This document shows, piece by piece, positions 29,252-38,492 of a DNA stretch of 52,429 nt. The notes under the pieces were generated by a model. The model was not told the origin of the DNA, made no database searches, and saw only the letters and a program-made list of their open reading frames with translations. The stretch comes from an uncultured bacterium. Lineage in GTDB: Bacteria > DYJV01. Position 1 is the first letter of the stretch, and every line of letters starts with the position of its first letter. The position numbers and the translations under genes were made by a program. The DNA lies in NCBI GenBank assembly GCA_964543655.1, contig CAZIZE010000040.1:1-52429 (forward strand), in the 5' to 3' direction.

Positions 29252-30007
29252 CTACTGCTTTTCAATTATAAAAATTTTTAATAGCGAAATTATAATAACA
29301 GCAAGGAATATAGTAACAAGACTTGCTGTTATTCCTTTGTTAAATTCACCTTCTATCATATTTTTGTAAATGTATATGGAAAGATTTTCTGTTTTTCCAG
29401 CAATACCACCTGCAACAAGAAGTGTAGCTCCAAATTCACCAAAACTTCTAACCCAGCTTAAAATAAGTCCAGAGATAATGCCATTAATTGATAGTTTAAA
29501 AGTTGTGTCAATGAAAGATTTAAGTGGTGATGCTCCAAGGGTCATTGCAATCTCTTCATAAATTGTTGGGATTAATTCAAAAGAGTTTTTTGATGCTTTT
29601 AATGTGTAAGGAAAAGAAGTTAAAAATTGAGCAATTGTAGCTCCTTCCACAGTGAAAATAAAATTGTAAAAAGATTTAATAATTTGTGAATTAAAAAAAT
29701 TTAACAGCAATACCCCTACTATTAGAGGGGGAATGATTATTGGTATTTCAAATAATGAATCTATAATTTTATCAAATAATCTTTTATTTCTTGCAAGGTA
29801 AAAACCTGCTGGAATTGCAAATATAGCAGATAGTAAAGTTGCCAAAAGAGAAGTTTTCAGTCCAAAAATAATTGCTCTTACAAAATTTTTATCTTTTAAA
29901 AGTATAATAAACTCTTTTTTAGAAAAATTGGAAAAGGAAAAGATGATAATCAGGAGAATAAAAGAGAAAAATAGATATGTTACAAGCTTAACTGAATATT
30001 TTTTCAT
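29252..30007 (-). CDS. modB: Molybdate/tungstate ABC transporter permease (ModB/WtpB-like)
   Basis: PIIIPPLIVG, YEEIAMTLGASP, RSFGEFGATLLVAG. Confidence 0.85.
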   Translation of the reverse strand: MKKYSVKLVTYLFFSFILLIIIFSFSNFSKKEFIILLKDKNFVRAIIFGLKTSLLATLLSAIFAIPAGFYLARNKRLFDKIIDSLFEIPIIIPPLIVGVLLLNFFNSQIIKSFYNFIFTVEGATIAQFLTSFPYTLKASKNSFELIPTIYEEIAMTLGASPLKSFIDTTFKLSINGIISGLILSWVRSFGEFGATLLVAGGIAGKTENLSIYIYKNMIEGEFNKGITASLVTIFLAVIIISLLKIFIIEKQ

Positions 30008-30992
30008 AATCTTTAAGAAACATTAAGCTATCCATTTCAAAATCAATGTTAATTAAAGCACCGTTATAAATTTTATAATGTTTTATTACTGAATGAGGAA
30101 TATTAATGAAAATATTTTTATTATCCATGATTAAACCTTTGATAATAAAGGAAAATCTGCTTTTTTTTATATCTAATATTTTGCATTTAATTTTACCTTT
30201 TGAAGATATAAAAATATCTTCCTCTTTAATAGCTACATAATCAAATGAAGAATCAACACTTTTAAAAGGTAAAAACTTTTTGGCTGTTTCATAATCCCAG
30301 ATATTTTTTATTTGTAGAATTCGTGCTGTTTGCATCCATTGAGGATTGTTTAAAATTTTATCAACTTTGCCATATTCTATAATTTTACCATTGTATGAAA
30401 TAGCAATTACCTCAGCAAAGTTAATGGCTTCATTAAGATCATGTGTTACAAGAATAGCTGGTAAATTGGCATGTTCAAGCAATTCTTGTACAAGGTCAAG
30501 AATGCTTTTATCCAGTGCAGAAAAAGGCTCATCAAGTAGTAAAATAGTTGGATTTATTAAAAAAGCCCTTGCTATTGCCGCCCTTTGCCTTTCTCCACCA
30601 GAGATTTCATGTGGATAACGATGAAGAGTATTGCTAATTTTAAGTTTATTTATTAGAAAATTAAACCTTTCCTGGTTTAAAGATATTTTTTGGGCTTTAA
30701 CACCATATAAAATATTTTTTTCAACATTCATATGTGGAAATAAAGTATAATCTTGAGGTAGATAGCCAACCTTTCTCTTATGTATAGGTATGCTTTTTTT
30801 ATTATCAAAAAAAATATTGCCATTAATATTTATATGGCCATTGTCAGGTGAATTGAGTCCTGCTAATAATTTGAGAAATGTTGTTTTGCCACTGCCACTT
30901 GGTCCAAAGAGAGCTATTTTACGACTATCTGTCTCAATTGAGTAATTAAAATTTTGATTTTCAATCTGCTTTTCTATATTTACCTTTATCAT
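29988..30992 (-). CDS. modC: Molybdate/tungstate ABC transporter ATPase (ModC-like)
   Basis: FGPSGSGKT, PQDYTLFPHM, SGGERQR, LLDEPFSALD, VTHD. Confidence 0.85.
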   Translation of the reverse strand: MIKVNIEKQIENQNFNYSIETDSRKIALFGPSGSGKTTFLKLLAGLNSPDNGHININGNIFFDNKKSIPIHKRKVGYLPQDYTLFPHMNVEKNILYGVKAQKISLNQERFNFLINKLKISNTLHRYPHEISGGERQRAAIARAFLINPTILLLDEPFSALDKSILDLVQELLEHANLPAILVTHDLNEAINFAEVIAISYNGKIIEYGKVDKILNNPQWMQTARILQIKNIWDYETAKKFLPFKSVDSSFDYVAIKEEDIFISSKGKIKCKILDIKKSRFSFIIKGLIMDNKNIFINIPHSVIKHYKIYNGALINIDFEMDSLMFLKDYEKIFS

Positions 30993-30993
30993 C

Positions 30994-31017
30994 CGTTATA
31001 TCCTACAAAAGATAACG
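30994..31017. promoter_or_regulatory. ModE-type operator
   Basis: CGTTATAT-N8-AGATAACG, one mismatch from a perfect palindrome, immediately upstream of the modC ATG. TTGACA on the minus strand at 31029-31024. Confidence 0.75.
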
Positions 31018-31115
31018 ACAATATGTCAAGGAAAATTTAAAATTTTTCTTGCAAAAAATTTTTTTTTTACATAGATTATAAATTACTTTTAAATTTATTT
31101 CAGGGGAGGTTTTAA

Positions 31116-31823
31116 ATGGTATCAATAACCTATCATTCTCATGCATGTTTTACAATTAGTGGAGATAATGTAAAAATTTTGCTCGACCCTTTTATTACAG
31201 GGAATCCTCTGGCTAAGATTAAACCATCAGATTTAGACCCAGATGTAATTCTTGTATCACATGGACATGGTGATCATGTGGGAGATACAGTGGAAATAGC
31301 AAAAGCAAATAATAGTCTTGTTATAGCTCCTTTTGAATTAATTGTATTTTTACAAAGTAAAGGTGTTAATCCTGAAAAATGCCATCCAATGCACATTGGT
31401 GGTGGGTATAATTTTGATTTTGGAAGGATTAAACTTACTCCTGCTCATCATGGCTCTGCTTTTGTTGATGAAAATGGAACAGTTACTTATACAGGCAATC
31501 CATGCGGTTACCTTATTACATTAGAAGGTAAAACTATTTACTTTGCTGGTGATACAGGTCTTTTTTCTGAAATGGAGCTTTTAGGCTCTATGAATAAAAT
31601 TGATGTTGCGCTCCTGCCAATAGGAGATAATTTTACAATGGGGATTGAAGATGCAGTAAAAGCATGTGAACTTTTAAATGCAAAAATTGCAATCCCAATG
31701 CATTATGATACATTTGATGTTATTAAAGTTGCTCCAGAAGATTTTGTAAAATCACTTGAAGAGAAAAAGATTCTGACAAAGGGTGTTGTTGTTGGTTTTG
31801 AAGAAACTTATATTTTACAATAA
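31116..31823 (+). CDS. Metallo-beta-lactamase-fold metal-dependent hydrolase (UPF0173)
   Basis: DPFITGNP, SHGHGDH, AHHGS, AGDTG, LPIGDNFTMG, IPMHY. Confidence 0.92.
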   Translation: MVSITYHSHACFTISGDNVKILLDPFITGNPLAKIKPSDLDPDVILVSHGHGDHVGDTVEIAKANNSLVIAPFELIVFLQSKGVNPEKCHPMHIGGGYNFDFGRIKLTPAHHGSAFVDENGTVTYTGNPCGYLITLEGKTIYFAGDTGLFSEMELLGSMNKIDVALLPIGDNFTMGIEDAVKACELLNAKIAIPMHYDTFDVIKVAPEDFVKSLEEKKILTKGVVVGFEETYILQ

Positions 31824-32805
31824 AAGTAGAAAAAAAGATATATTATTAGTTGGCAGAGGAATATTAACCGATTTAACTGCTTTAATTTTAGATAAATTAA
31901 AGATAGAATACAAATACTTAAAAATATCTGATATTTGTAAAGCAGAATCGGTTAATTTTTTTAATGAGATATATGTTCCTATTTTTTTTGCCAAAGAATA
32001 TGATTTTTTATATAAAGGAGTAAAAGATTTACGATTTGTTTTTTATAATGGTGAAAAATTATTTCCAGTAATTAATAATTTTGATTTTTTCAAAGAGTGT
32101 TACAATAAAATAATTGACAATGATTATCAGTTTGATAAAGATTTTTCAGAAAATTTAACTTTAGAACTAAAAGATATATTTACAGCAATTCAATATTTTT
32201 ATAATTTATACGGCTCAGTAAATTTCAATCTTATAGAAAAATATTTTTTTACACCAAATATTATTTTTAATAAAAAAGAATTTGCTAATATGTTAAATGA
32301 AAAAATTAAAAACATGGATTTTCAGTTAATAGAGAAAGTTAATGAATTAACTTTGAAAAGGAAAAGAGTTATTATAAATGGCACAGAGTATAAATTTGAT
32401 ATAATTGTTACTGATTTAAAAGAGCTTATAAAGCCCAAAAAAATAGTAAAGTTAGAAGTCAACCTTGCTGAAATATCTATTAATAGTGACTATACAACAG
32501 AGTATTTTCCAGAAAATATAGTTTTTAACAACAATGGTTATAAAATAATGAAGCTTTTAAATAATAACAAGTTAAGAAGGTTTCAAATTAAAAGCTTTGA
32601 AAATATAGATGTTGATTATTTTTTAAATTTTTTTAAAAATTTTTTCCCAGAATTAAAAAAAGAAGATATTTTAGTTGAAAAAAAAGAAAAAGTAATTTAT
32701 GAAAATTTTTATTTTAAAAATGAATTACAACCATTTAATATATTTTTTAAAATTTTAGAGATAGAACAATTTTTTAAAAATAATTTTTATCAGGAGGCGG
32801 TTTAA
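31783..32805 (+). CDS. Hypothetical protein, possibly a degenerate FAD-dependent oxidoreductase; start uncertain
   Basis: 340-codon open frame fills the gap. DILLVGRGIL..LTALIL resembles a decayed Rossmann motif. TAATG coupling to the next gene. Confidence 0.55.
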   Translation: MLLLVLKKLIFYNKSRKKDILLVGRGILTDLTALILDKLKIEYKYLKISDICKAESVNFFNEIYVPIFFAKEYDFLYKGVKDLRFVFYNGEKLFPVINNFDFFKECYNKIIDNDYQFDKDFSENLTLELKDIFTAIQYFYNLYGSVNFNLIEKYFFTPNIIFNKKEFANMLNEKIKNMDFQLIEKVNELTLKRKRVIINGTEYKFDIIVTDLKELIKPKKIVKLEVNLAEISINSDYTTEYFPENIVFNNNGYKIMKLLNNNKLRRFQIKSFENIDVDYFLNFFKNFFPELKKEDILVEKKEKVIYENFYFKNELQPFNIFFKILEIEQFFKNNFYQEAV

Positions 32806-33464
32806 TGGCTAAAAGAAAAGGTATGAGCAAAAAAGAATTAAGAGCACCAGATGAATTTCAGGCTTTTATTTTAGAGTTAACAGAAAAGTATGGCAACTAT
32901 TGGAAAGTTGCTCTTGCAGGTCTGATAATAGTGCTTTTAATTCCTGTAGGAATAACTGTTTACAATTATTATAAAAATAATAAAGAGAATCAGGCAGCAA
33001 TGCAATATTCTATGCTGTTGAATAAATTAAACATGGATAAGGATAGTGGTAAAAAATTGAAAGATGTTGAGTCATCAATAAATAAATTTAAAGGCACATC
33101 AATATATTACCAGGTTTTACTGTTAAAAGGAGAAATTTTATACAACAACAAAAAATATAAAGACGCTATAGATGTTTTTAATGAAGTAATTTCAGATTCT
33201 GATAGAGATGAATTTAAAAGCAGTGCAAAGCTTGATAAAGGAATTTGCTACTTTGAAATGAACAACTTAAAAAAAGCTGAAGAGATTTTCAGCAATTTAA
33301 CAAATGACATTATTGTTAGTGCTGATGCTAAATATTACCTTGCTTTAACCTATGAAAAAGAAGGTAATTTTATGAAAGCAAAAAGTTATTATCAGGAGAT
33401 AGTTGATAATGCAAAAGATTACCCTTTTTATAAAATTGCAGAATTAAAATTAGAAACTTTATAA
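32805..33464 (+). CDS. Membrane-anchored TPR protein (YfgM-like)
   Basis: KKELRAPDEF N-terminus, one TM helix, three TPR-like repeats. Confidence 0.82.
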   Translation: MAKRKGMSKKELRAPDEFQAFILELTEKYGNYWKVALAGLIIVLLIPVGITVYNYYKNNKENQAAMQYSMLLNKLNMDKDSGKKLKDVESSINKFKGTSIYYQVLLLKGEILYNNKKYKDAIDVFNEVISDSDRDEFKSSAKLDKGICYFEMNNLKKAEEIFSNLTNDIIVSADAKYYLALTYEKEGNFMKAKSYYQEIVDNAKDYPFYKIAELKLETL

Positions 33465-33476
33465 AAGGAGTGTTTT

Positions 33477-34319
33477 ATGGGAATCCTTGGTGTAATAGGT
33501 GGAAGTGGGTTATATGAGCTTGAAGAGTTAAAAAATATAGAAGAGATTCAGGTGGATACGCCATTTGGCAGACCCTCAGATGTATTAATCAAAGGGGAAC
33601 TACATGGTAAACCAGTAATTTTTCTTCCAAGGCATGGAAAAAATCATAGAATTCCACCATCAGATGTTAATTACAGAGCCAATATTTATGCTCTTAAAGT
33701 TGCAGGTGTTAGAAAAATTTTATCTGTTAGTGCAGTAGGCAGCATGAGAGAAGAAATCAGACCAGGTGATATGGTTATAGTTAGCCAGTTTATTGATAGA
33801 ACAAGTGGAAGAAAGTCCACTTTTTTTACTGACAATATTGTTGCTCATGTTTCCTTTGCTGATCCTGTTTGTAAAAAGCTTTCAGAAATCCTCTATAATG
33901 TATCAAAAAAGATTAGAGAAAGAACACATAGAGATGCAACATATATTTGTATTAATGGTCCTCAGTTTTCTACAAGAGCAGAATCACATCTATACAGAAG
34001 CTGGGGAGTTGATATTATTGGAATGACCAATCTACCAGAAGCAAAGTTAGCAAGAGAGGCTGGTATCTGCTATGCAACACTTGCACTTGCAACAGATTAT
34101 GATTGTTGGCGTGAGGCTGATGATGTTAATGCTTTTGATGTTGTAAAAATTATTAAACAGAATGTTGAAACAGCGAAAAAAATAGTTATAGAATTATTAG
34201 ACAACCTTACCTTTGAAGAGTGTGAATGCCAGCATTCTCTTGATTATGCACTGCTAACTAATAAAGATGTTGTGCCAGAGGAAACCTGGGAAAGACTTAA
34301 ACCAATTATAGATAAATAG
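33477..34319 (+). CDS. mtnP: S-methyl-5'-thioadenosine phosphorylase
   Basis: IGGSGLY, TPFG.PS, PRHG, NYRANI, GPQFSTRAES, GMT..PEAKLARE, TDYDCW. Confidence 0.96.
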   Translation: MGILGVIGGSGLYELEELKNIEEIQVDTPFGRPSDVLIKGELHGKPVIFLPRHGKNHRIPPSDVNYRANIYALKVAGVRKILSVSAVGSMREEIRPGDMVIVSQFIDRTSGRKSTFFTDNIVAHVSFADPVCKKLSEILYNVSKKIRERTHRDATYICINGPQFSTRAESHLYRSWGVDIIGMTNLPEAKLAREAGICYATLALATDYDCWREADDVNAFDVVKIIKQNVETAKKIVIELLDNLTFEECECQHSLDYALLTNKDVVPEETWERLKPIIDK

Positions 34320-34340
34320 TTTACTCAGGGAGGTGGTAAA

Positions 34341-34532
34341 ATGCCTTTGTTTGAATATGAATGCAAAAAATGTGGTAACAGATTTGAAAAATTAGTTTTT
34401 TCATCAGATAAAGATAAAATTCAATGCCCAAAGTGTGGGTCAAATGAAACAAAAAAATTGCTATCCCTATTTTCCTCAAAAGGAGCAAGTTGCTCTTCAC
34501 CAGCAGGAGCAGGTTTTAGTTGAGCAACATAA
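34341..34532 (+). CDS. FmdB-family zinc-ribbon protein; probable selenoprotein (TGA at 34521-34523 read as Sec, stop TAA 34530-34532; otherwise ends at 34523)
   Basis: MPLFEYECKKCG..FE...CPKCGS; C-terminus SCSSPAGAGFS-TGA-GCA-ACA-TAA followed by a hairpin. Confidence 0.8.
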
Positions 34533-34555
34533 ACAGCCTGGTGGGCTGTTTTATG
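34528..34555 (+). promoter_or_regulatory. SECIS-like hairpin (alternatively a terminator)
   Basis: CATAAACAGCCT-GGT-GGGCTGTTTTATG; the G-containing apical loop starts 16 nt after the UGA. Confidence 0.55.
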
Positions 34556-34725
34556 AGACATAATTGACTCAATTACTCTTTTATTATTTTTAAAAAATTA
34601 AAAATTTTAGATAGTTAAAATTTTTTAAAAAAGGTATTTTTTTTGCTTTCCCTGTTGACAAAATTTTCCTTTTATAATAACGAGGCATGCCTTTAAAGCA
34701 TAATTTCCAATTGTAAGGATTTTTT

Positions 34726-35211
34726 ATGGATACCATATATTTATTTGAGTTTGAGGAATTAGAGCTTCTTGATATAGATAGAGAAAAAAAGATAATTGCC
34801 AATATTAAAATTTCAGAAAATGAAGAGTTAAAATTCAATGAGCCTTTGAAATTTGATTTAACCATTACAAGAAAAGGCTATAAGTTTTTATTTAATGGTA
34901 ATATTTGTACATCATTAATTTTGCAATGTGATAGATGTCTTGAGGAATATTTTTCAGCAATAAACACAGATTTTAATTTTCTATACATTTTAAATGAAGA
35001 TGTTATTGAGTATATTAGTGGAAGCATACTTAATTTGAAAGATTTAATCTTTGGGGAGATTTATTTAAATATCCCCTTTAAAAAATTATGCAAAACTAAT
35101 TGCAAGGGGTTATGCGCCCAATGTGGTACAAATTTAAATTTTGCAAATTGTGATTGCACAACAGATGATTCAATGAATCCTTTTGCTAAATTAAAAACAA
35201 TTTTTAATTAA
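34726..35211 (+). CDS. yceD: YceD/DUF177 family protein
   Basis: CDRCL and P.K.LC..CKGLC..CG.NLN..CDC...PFAKL motifs; upstream of rpmF. Confidence 0.9.
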   Translation: MDTIYLFEFEELELLDIDREKKIIANIKISENEELKFNEPLKFDLTITRKGYKFLFNGNICTSLILQCDRCLEEYFSAINTDFNFLYILNEDVIEYISGSILNLKDLIFGEIYLNIPFKKLCKTNCKGLCAQCGTNLNFANCDCTTDDSMNPFAKLKTIFN

Positions 35212-35231
35212 AAATATGAAAGGAGTTTATT

Positions 35232-35417
35232 ATGGCAGTTCCAAAAAAGAAAACATCTAAATCAAAAAAGGGTAAGAGAAGAGCTCATGATGCTTTGAAA
35301 ATGCCTGCTAAATCCACATGTTCTAACTGTGGAGAAGTGAAACTACCGCATCATGTTTGTGAAGCTTGTGGTTTTTATAATGGCAGGAAAATAATTGAAG
35401 TTGAAGAAGAGAAATAA
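35232..35417 (+). CDS. rpmF: 50S ribosomal protein L32 (Zn-binding form)
   Basis: [21 protein letters not shown]...[10 protein letters not shown]. Confidence 0.97.
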   Translation: MAVPKKKTSKSKKGKRRAHDALKMPAKSTCSNCGEVKLPHHVCEACGFYNGRKIIEVEEEK

Positions 35418-36472
35418 TGAGAATAGCAGTTGATGCTATGGGCGGGGATTTAGGTCCCAAGCCAATAGTAGAGGGAGCTGTTAGAGCAGCTTCAGAAAAA
35501 ATAGAAATTATTTTAGTTGGCAAAAAAGAAGTAGTTTCACCAATTTTAAAAGAGCATAATATTAAAAATTTGCCCATTTTTATTCAGAATGCAGAAGAAG
35601 TTGTTACAATGGATGAATCACCATCAACAGTTGTTAGAAATAAGAAAGATTCATCCATGGCAAAAGGTATTAATCTGGTAAAAGAAAAAAAGGCAAGTGC
35701 ATTTATTACTCCAGGTAATACAGGTGCTGCACTTGCCTATGGTATAATGATTCTTAAACGAGTTAAGAATATTCAACGACCTGCAATAGCTGTAATATTG
35801 CCAACAAGAAAAGGTAGAGTGGTTCTTCTTGATGTTGGTGGTAATGTTGATTGCAAACCACTTCATCTTTTTCAATTTGGCTTGATGGGCTCGCTACTTT
35901 CAAAAAATCTTGTTGGCGTAGAAAAACCTAAAGTTGCTCTTCTGTCCATTGGTGAGGAAGATGGCAAAGGAAATTTGCAGGTAAAAAAGTCGCATGAATA
36001 TTTTAAGCTTTCCTCATTGAACTATGTTGGTTTAAAAGAGGGTAGAGATATTTTGCAAGGTGAGGTTGATGTTTTTGTATGTGATGGGTTTATTGGTAAT
36101 ATTTGCCTTAAACTTGCAGAGAGTGTTGGTTCAATATTAATGGATATTGCTAAAAAAGAGATTAACTCATCTCTGTGGGCAAAGATTGGAGCAATGTTTT
36201 TAAAAAGTAGCTTAAAAAGGATAAAAAAACAGGTTGATTATAGAGAGTATGGTAGTGCACCTTTACTTGGTTTAAATGGCACTATTTTTATATGCCATGG
36301 AAGTTCTGATAAAAATGCTATTTACAATGGTATTATCAATGCTGTTAAATTTGTTAAAAGTGGATATAATTCACAATTGCAAAAAGAGTTAGAATTTTAT
36401 GCAGATATTGATAAAAGGAAATTTTGGGATAATATTAAAGATAAAATTCCATTTACTTCAACTGTTAATTAA
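35417..36472 (+). CDS. plsX: Phosphate acyltransferase
   Basis: IAVDAMGGD, GNTGA, RPAI, DVGGNVD, CDGFIGN, CHGSS. Confidence 0.96.
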   Translation: MRIAVDAMGGDLGPKPIVEGAVRAASEKIEIILVGKKEVVSPILKEHNIKNLPIFIQNAEEVVTMDESPSTVVRNKKDSSMAKGINLVKEKKASAFITPGNTGAALAYGIMILKRVKNIQRPAIAVILPTRKGRVVLLDVGGNVDCKPLHLFQFGLMGSLLSKNLVGVEKPKVALLSIGEEDGKGNLQVKKSHEYFKLSSLNYVGLKEGRDILQGEVDVFVCDGFIGNICLKLAESVGSILMDIAKKEINSSLWAKIGAMFLKSSLKRIKKQVDYREYGSAPLLGLNGTIFICHGSSDKNAIYNGIINAVKFVKSGYNSQLQKELEFYADIDKRKFWDNIKDKIPFTSTVN

Positions 36473-36492
36473 ATCTGAAAAAGAGGGTTCAA

Positions 36493-37482
36493 GTGGAAAC
36501 AGAGGTTATTTTTAGCAAGATAATAGGTATTGGCAGCTTTGCCCCTGAAAATATATTAACTAACAGAGATTTAGAGAAAATAGTTGATACATCAGATGAA
36601 TGGATACGTAAACGTACAGGTATTGTGGAGAGAAGGAGAATAGATAAAGATAAAGCTACGTCTGATTTAGCAGTAGAAGCAGCAAAAAAAGCTATTGAAA
36701 TGGCTAAAATTGATTTAGATGAGATTGAAGCTATTATAGTTGGCACAGCTTTTCCAGATCACATGTTCCCATCAACTGGTTGTATTATTCAGAAAAGACT
36801 TGGAATAAAAAAAGCTTTTGCATATGATCTTAATGCAGGATGTACTGGTTTTATATATGGATTAATGCAGGCAGATGCTTTTATTAAAACAGGTAGAATT
36901 AAAACAGCTCTTGTAATAGGAGCTGAAGTTATTACTAAATTTTTAAATTGGAACGATAGGACGTCGTGTGTTTTATTTGGTGACGGTGCAGGTGCTGTTG
37001 TTCTACAGGCGTCAGATTCACCAGGAATTTTAGATATAAAAATAGCAAGTGATGGTGCATTTGCTGACCTTCTTTATATGCCAGCAGGTGGTTCCAAATT
37101 ACCACCATCATTTGATACAGTTAACAATAATCTACATACAGTTCATTTAAAAGGTAAAGAGGTTTTCAAAATAGCTGTTAATTCATTATCAGGGTTAGCT
37201 ATTGAATTATTGAACAAAAGCAATATATCATGCGAAGATATTGATATGTTTATTCCTCATCAGGCTAATAAAAGAATTATTGATGCAGTGGCTGACAAAC
37301 TTGGACTTTCAAAAGATAAGGTATTCATTAATATTCATAAATATGGCAATACTTCTGCTGCTTCTATTCCTATAGCACTTGATGAGTGTATGAAAGAAAA
37401 TGTTTTAAAACAAGGTGATAAGATTTTAATTACAGCATTTGGTGCTGGATTGACTTGGGGTGGAGCTGTTATAAAATTATAA
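36493..37482 (+). CDS. fabH: Beta-ketoacyl-ACP synthase III
   Basis: DTSDEWI..RTGI, AGCTGF, LFGDGAGA, PHQAN, YGNTSAAS; GTG start. Confidence 0.96.
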   Translation: METEVIFSKIIGIGSFAPENILTNRDLEKIVDTSDEWIRKRTGIVERRRIDKDKATSDLAVEAAKKAIEMAKIDLDEIEAIIVGTAFPDHMFPSTGCIIQKRLGIKKAFAYDLNAGCTGFIYGLMQADAFIKTGRIKTALVIGAEVITKFLNWNDRTSCVLFGDGAGAVVLQASDSPGILDIKIASDGAFADLLYMPAGGSKLPPSFDTVNNNLHTVHLKGKEVFKIAVNSLSGLAIELLNKSNISCEDIDMFIPHQANKRIIDAVADKLGLSKDKVFINIHKYGNTSAASIPIALDECMKENVLKQGDKILITAFGAGLTWGGAVIKL

Positions 37483-37509
37483 CAGTGAGTAAAGAGATTG
37501 GAGGAGTTT

Positions 37510-38469
37510 ATGATTAAATCTAAAGTAGCTGATATGTTAGGATTACAGTATCCAGTTTTTCAGGGGGGAATGGCATGGGTTGCCACAGCTGAGCTTGCTT
37601 CTGCTGTTAGTAATGCAGGAGGTCTTGGAATTATTGGTGCAGGTAGTATGGATGGAGATATTCTAATAAAGGAGATTAGAAAAGCAAGAGAACTTACTGA
37701 AAAAGGAAAGCCTTTTGGGGTGAACTTAATGCTGCTCAATCCTTTTATTGATGACCTTGTAGATATTGTTATTAAAGAAAAGGTAGATGTTGTTACTACA
37801 GGTGCAGGTAATCCAGGAAAGTATGTTGATAGATTTAAAGAAGCTGGAATTAAAATTTTTCCAATTGCACCTACAGTTGCCTTAGCTAAAAGATTGGAAA
37901 GGTTAGGTGTTGATGGAATTATTGTAGAAGGTGGAGAAGCAGGTGGCCATGTTGGAGAATTAACAACCATAGTCTTAACTCCACTAATTGTTGATAATGT
38001 TAGTTTACCAGTTATTGCTGCTGGTGGTATTGCTGATGGCAGAGGAGTAGTTGCTGCACTTGCACTTGGTGCTGATTCAGTTCAGATAGGTACAAGATTT
38101 GTAGTTGCAAAGGAGTGTGTGGTTCACGAAAATTATAAAAAGGCTGTTATTAAAGCTGATGCAAGAGATGCTGTTGTTTCAGGAAGAAGTACAGGCCATC
38201 CAGTTAGATGCATGAAGAATAAACTTACAAGAGAATTTGATAAGCTTGAAAAAGCAGGGGCACCAAAGGAAAAATTAGAAGAATTAGGTACAGGTAAATT
38301 AAGAGCAGCAGTTATTGACGGTGACACTAATTGGGGCTCTGTTATGATGGGACAATCAGCAGGGCTTGTGAGAAAAGAGCAGAGTGTTAAAGAGATTATT
38401 GAAGAGATTTTTCAAGAAGCAGAAGAGATTATAAGAAAAATATTGCCAGATAAGTTGGGAAATAGTTAA
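37510..38469 (+). CDS. fabK: Enoyl-ACP reductase II
   Basis: QGGMAWVA, TGAGNPG, EAGGHVG, AAGGIADGRG, MMGQSAG; located in the fab cluster. Confidence 0.9.
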   Translation: MIKSKVADMLGLQYPVFQGGMAWVATAELASAVSNAGGLGIIGAGSMDGDILIKEIRKARELTEKGKPFGVNLMLLNPFIDDLVDIVIKEKVDVVTTGAGNPGKYVDRFKEAGIKIFPIAPTVALAKRLERLGVDGIIVEGGEAGGHVGELTTIVLTPLIVDNVSLPVIAAGGIADGRGVVAALALGADSVQIGTRFVVAKECVVHENYKKAVIKADARDAVVSGRSTGHPVRCMKNKLTREFDKLEKAGAPKEKLEELGTGKLRAAVIDGDTNWGSVMMGQSAGLVRKEQSVKEIIEEIFQEAEEIIRKILPDKLGNS

Positions 38470-38492
38470 ATATTAACTAAAGGGGGCTTAGA

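Noticed and set aside
34590-34865. 91-aa minus-strand ORF upstream of and overlapping yceD
   Set aside because: It overlaps yceD antisense and its promoter region, with no recognisable features.
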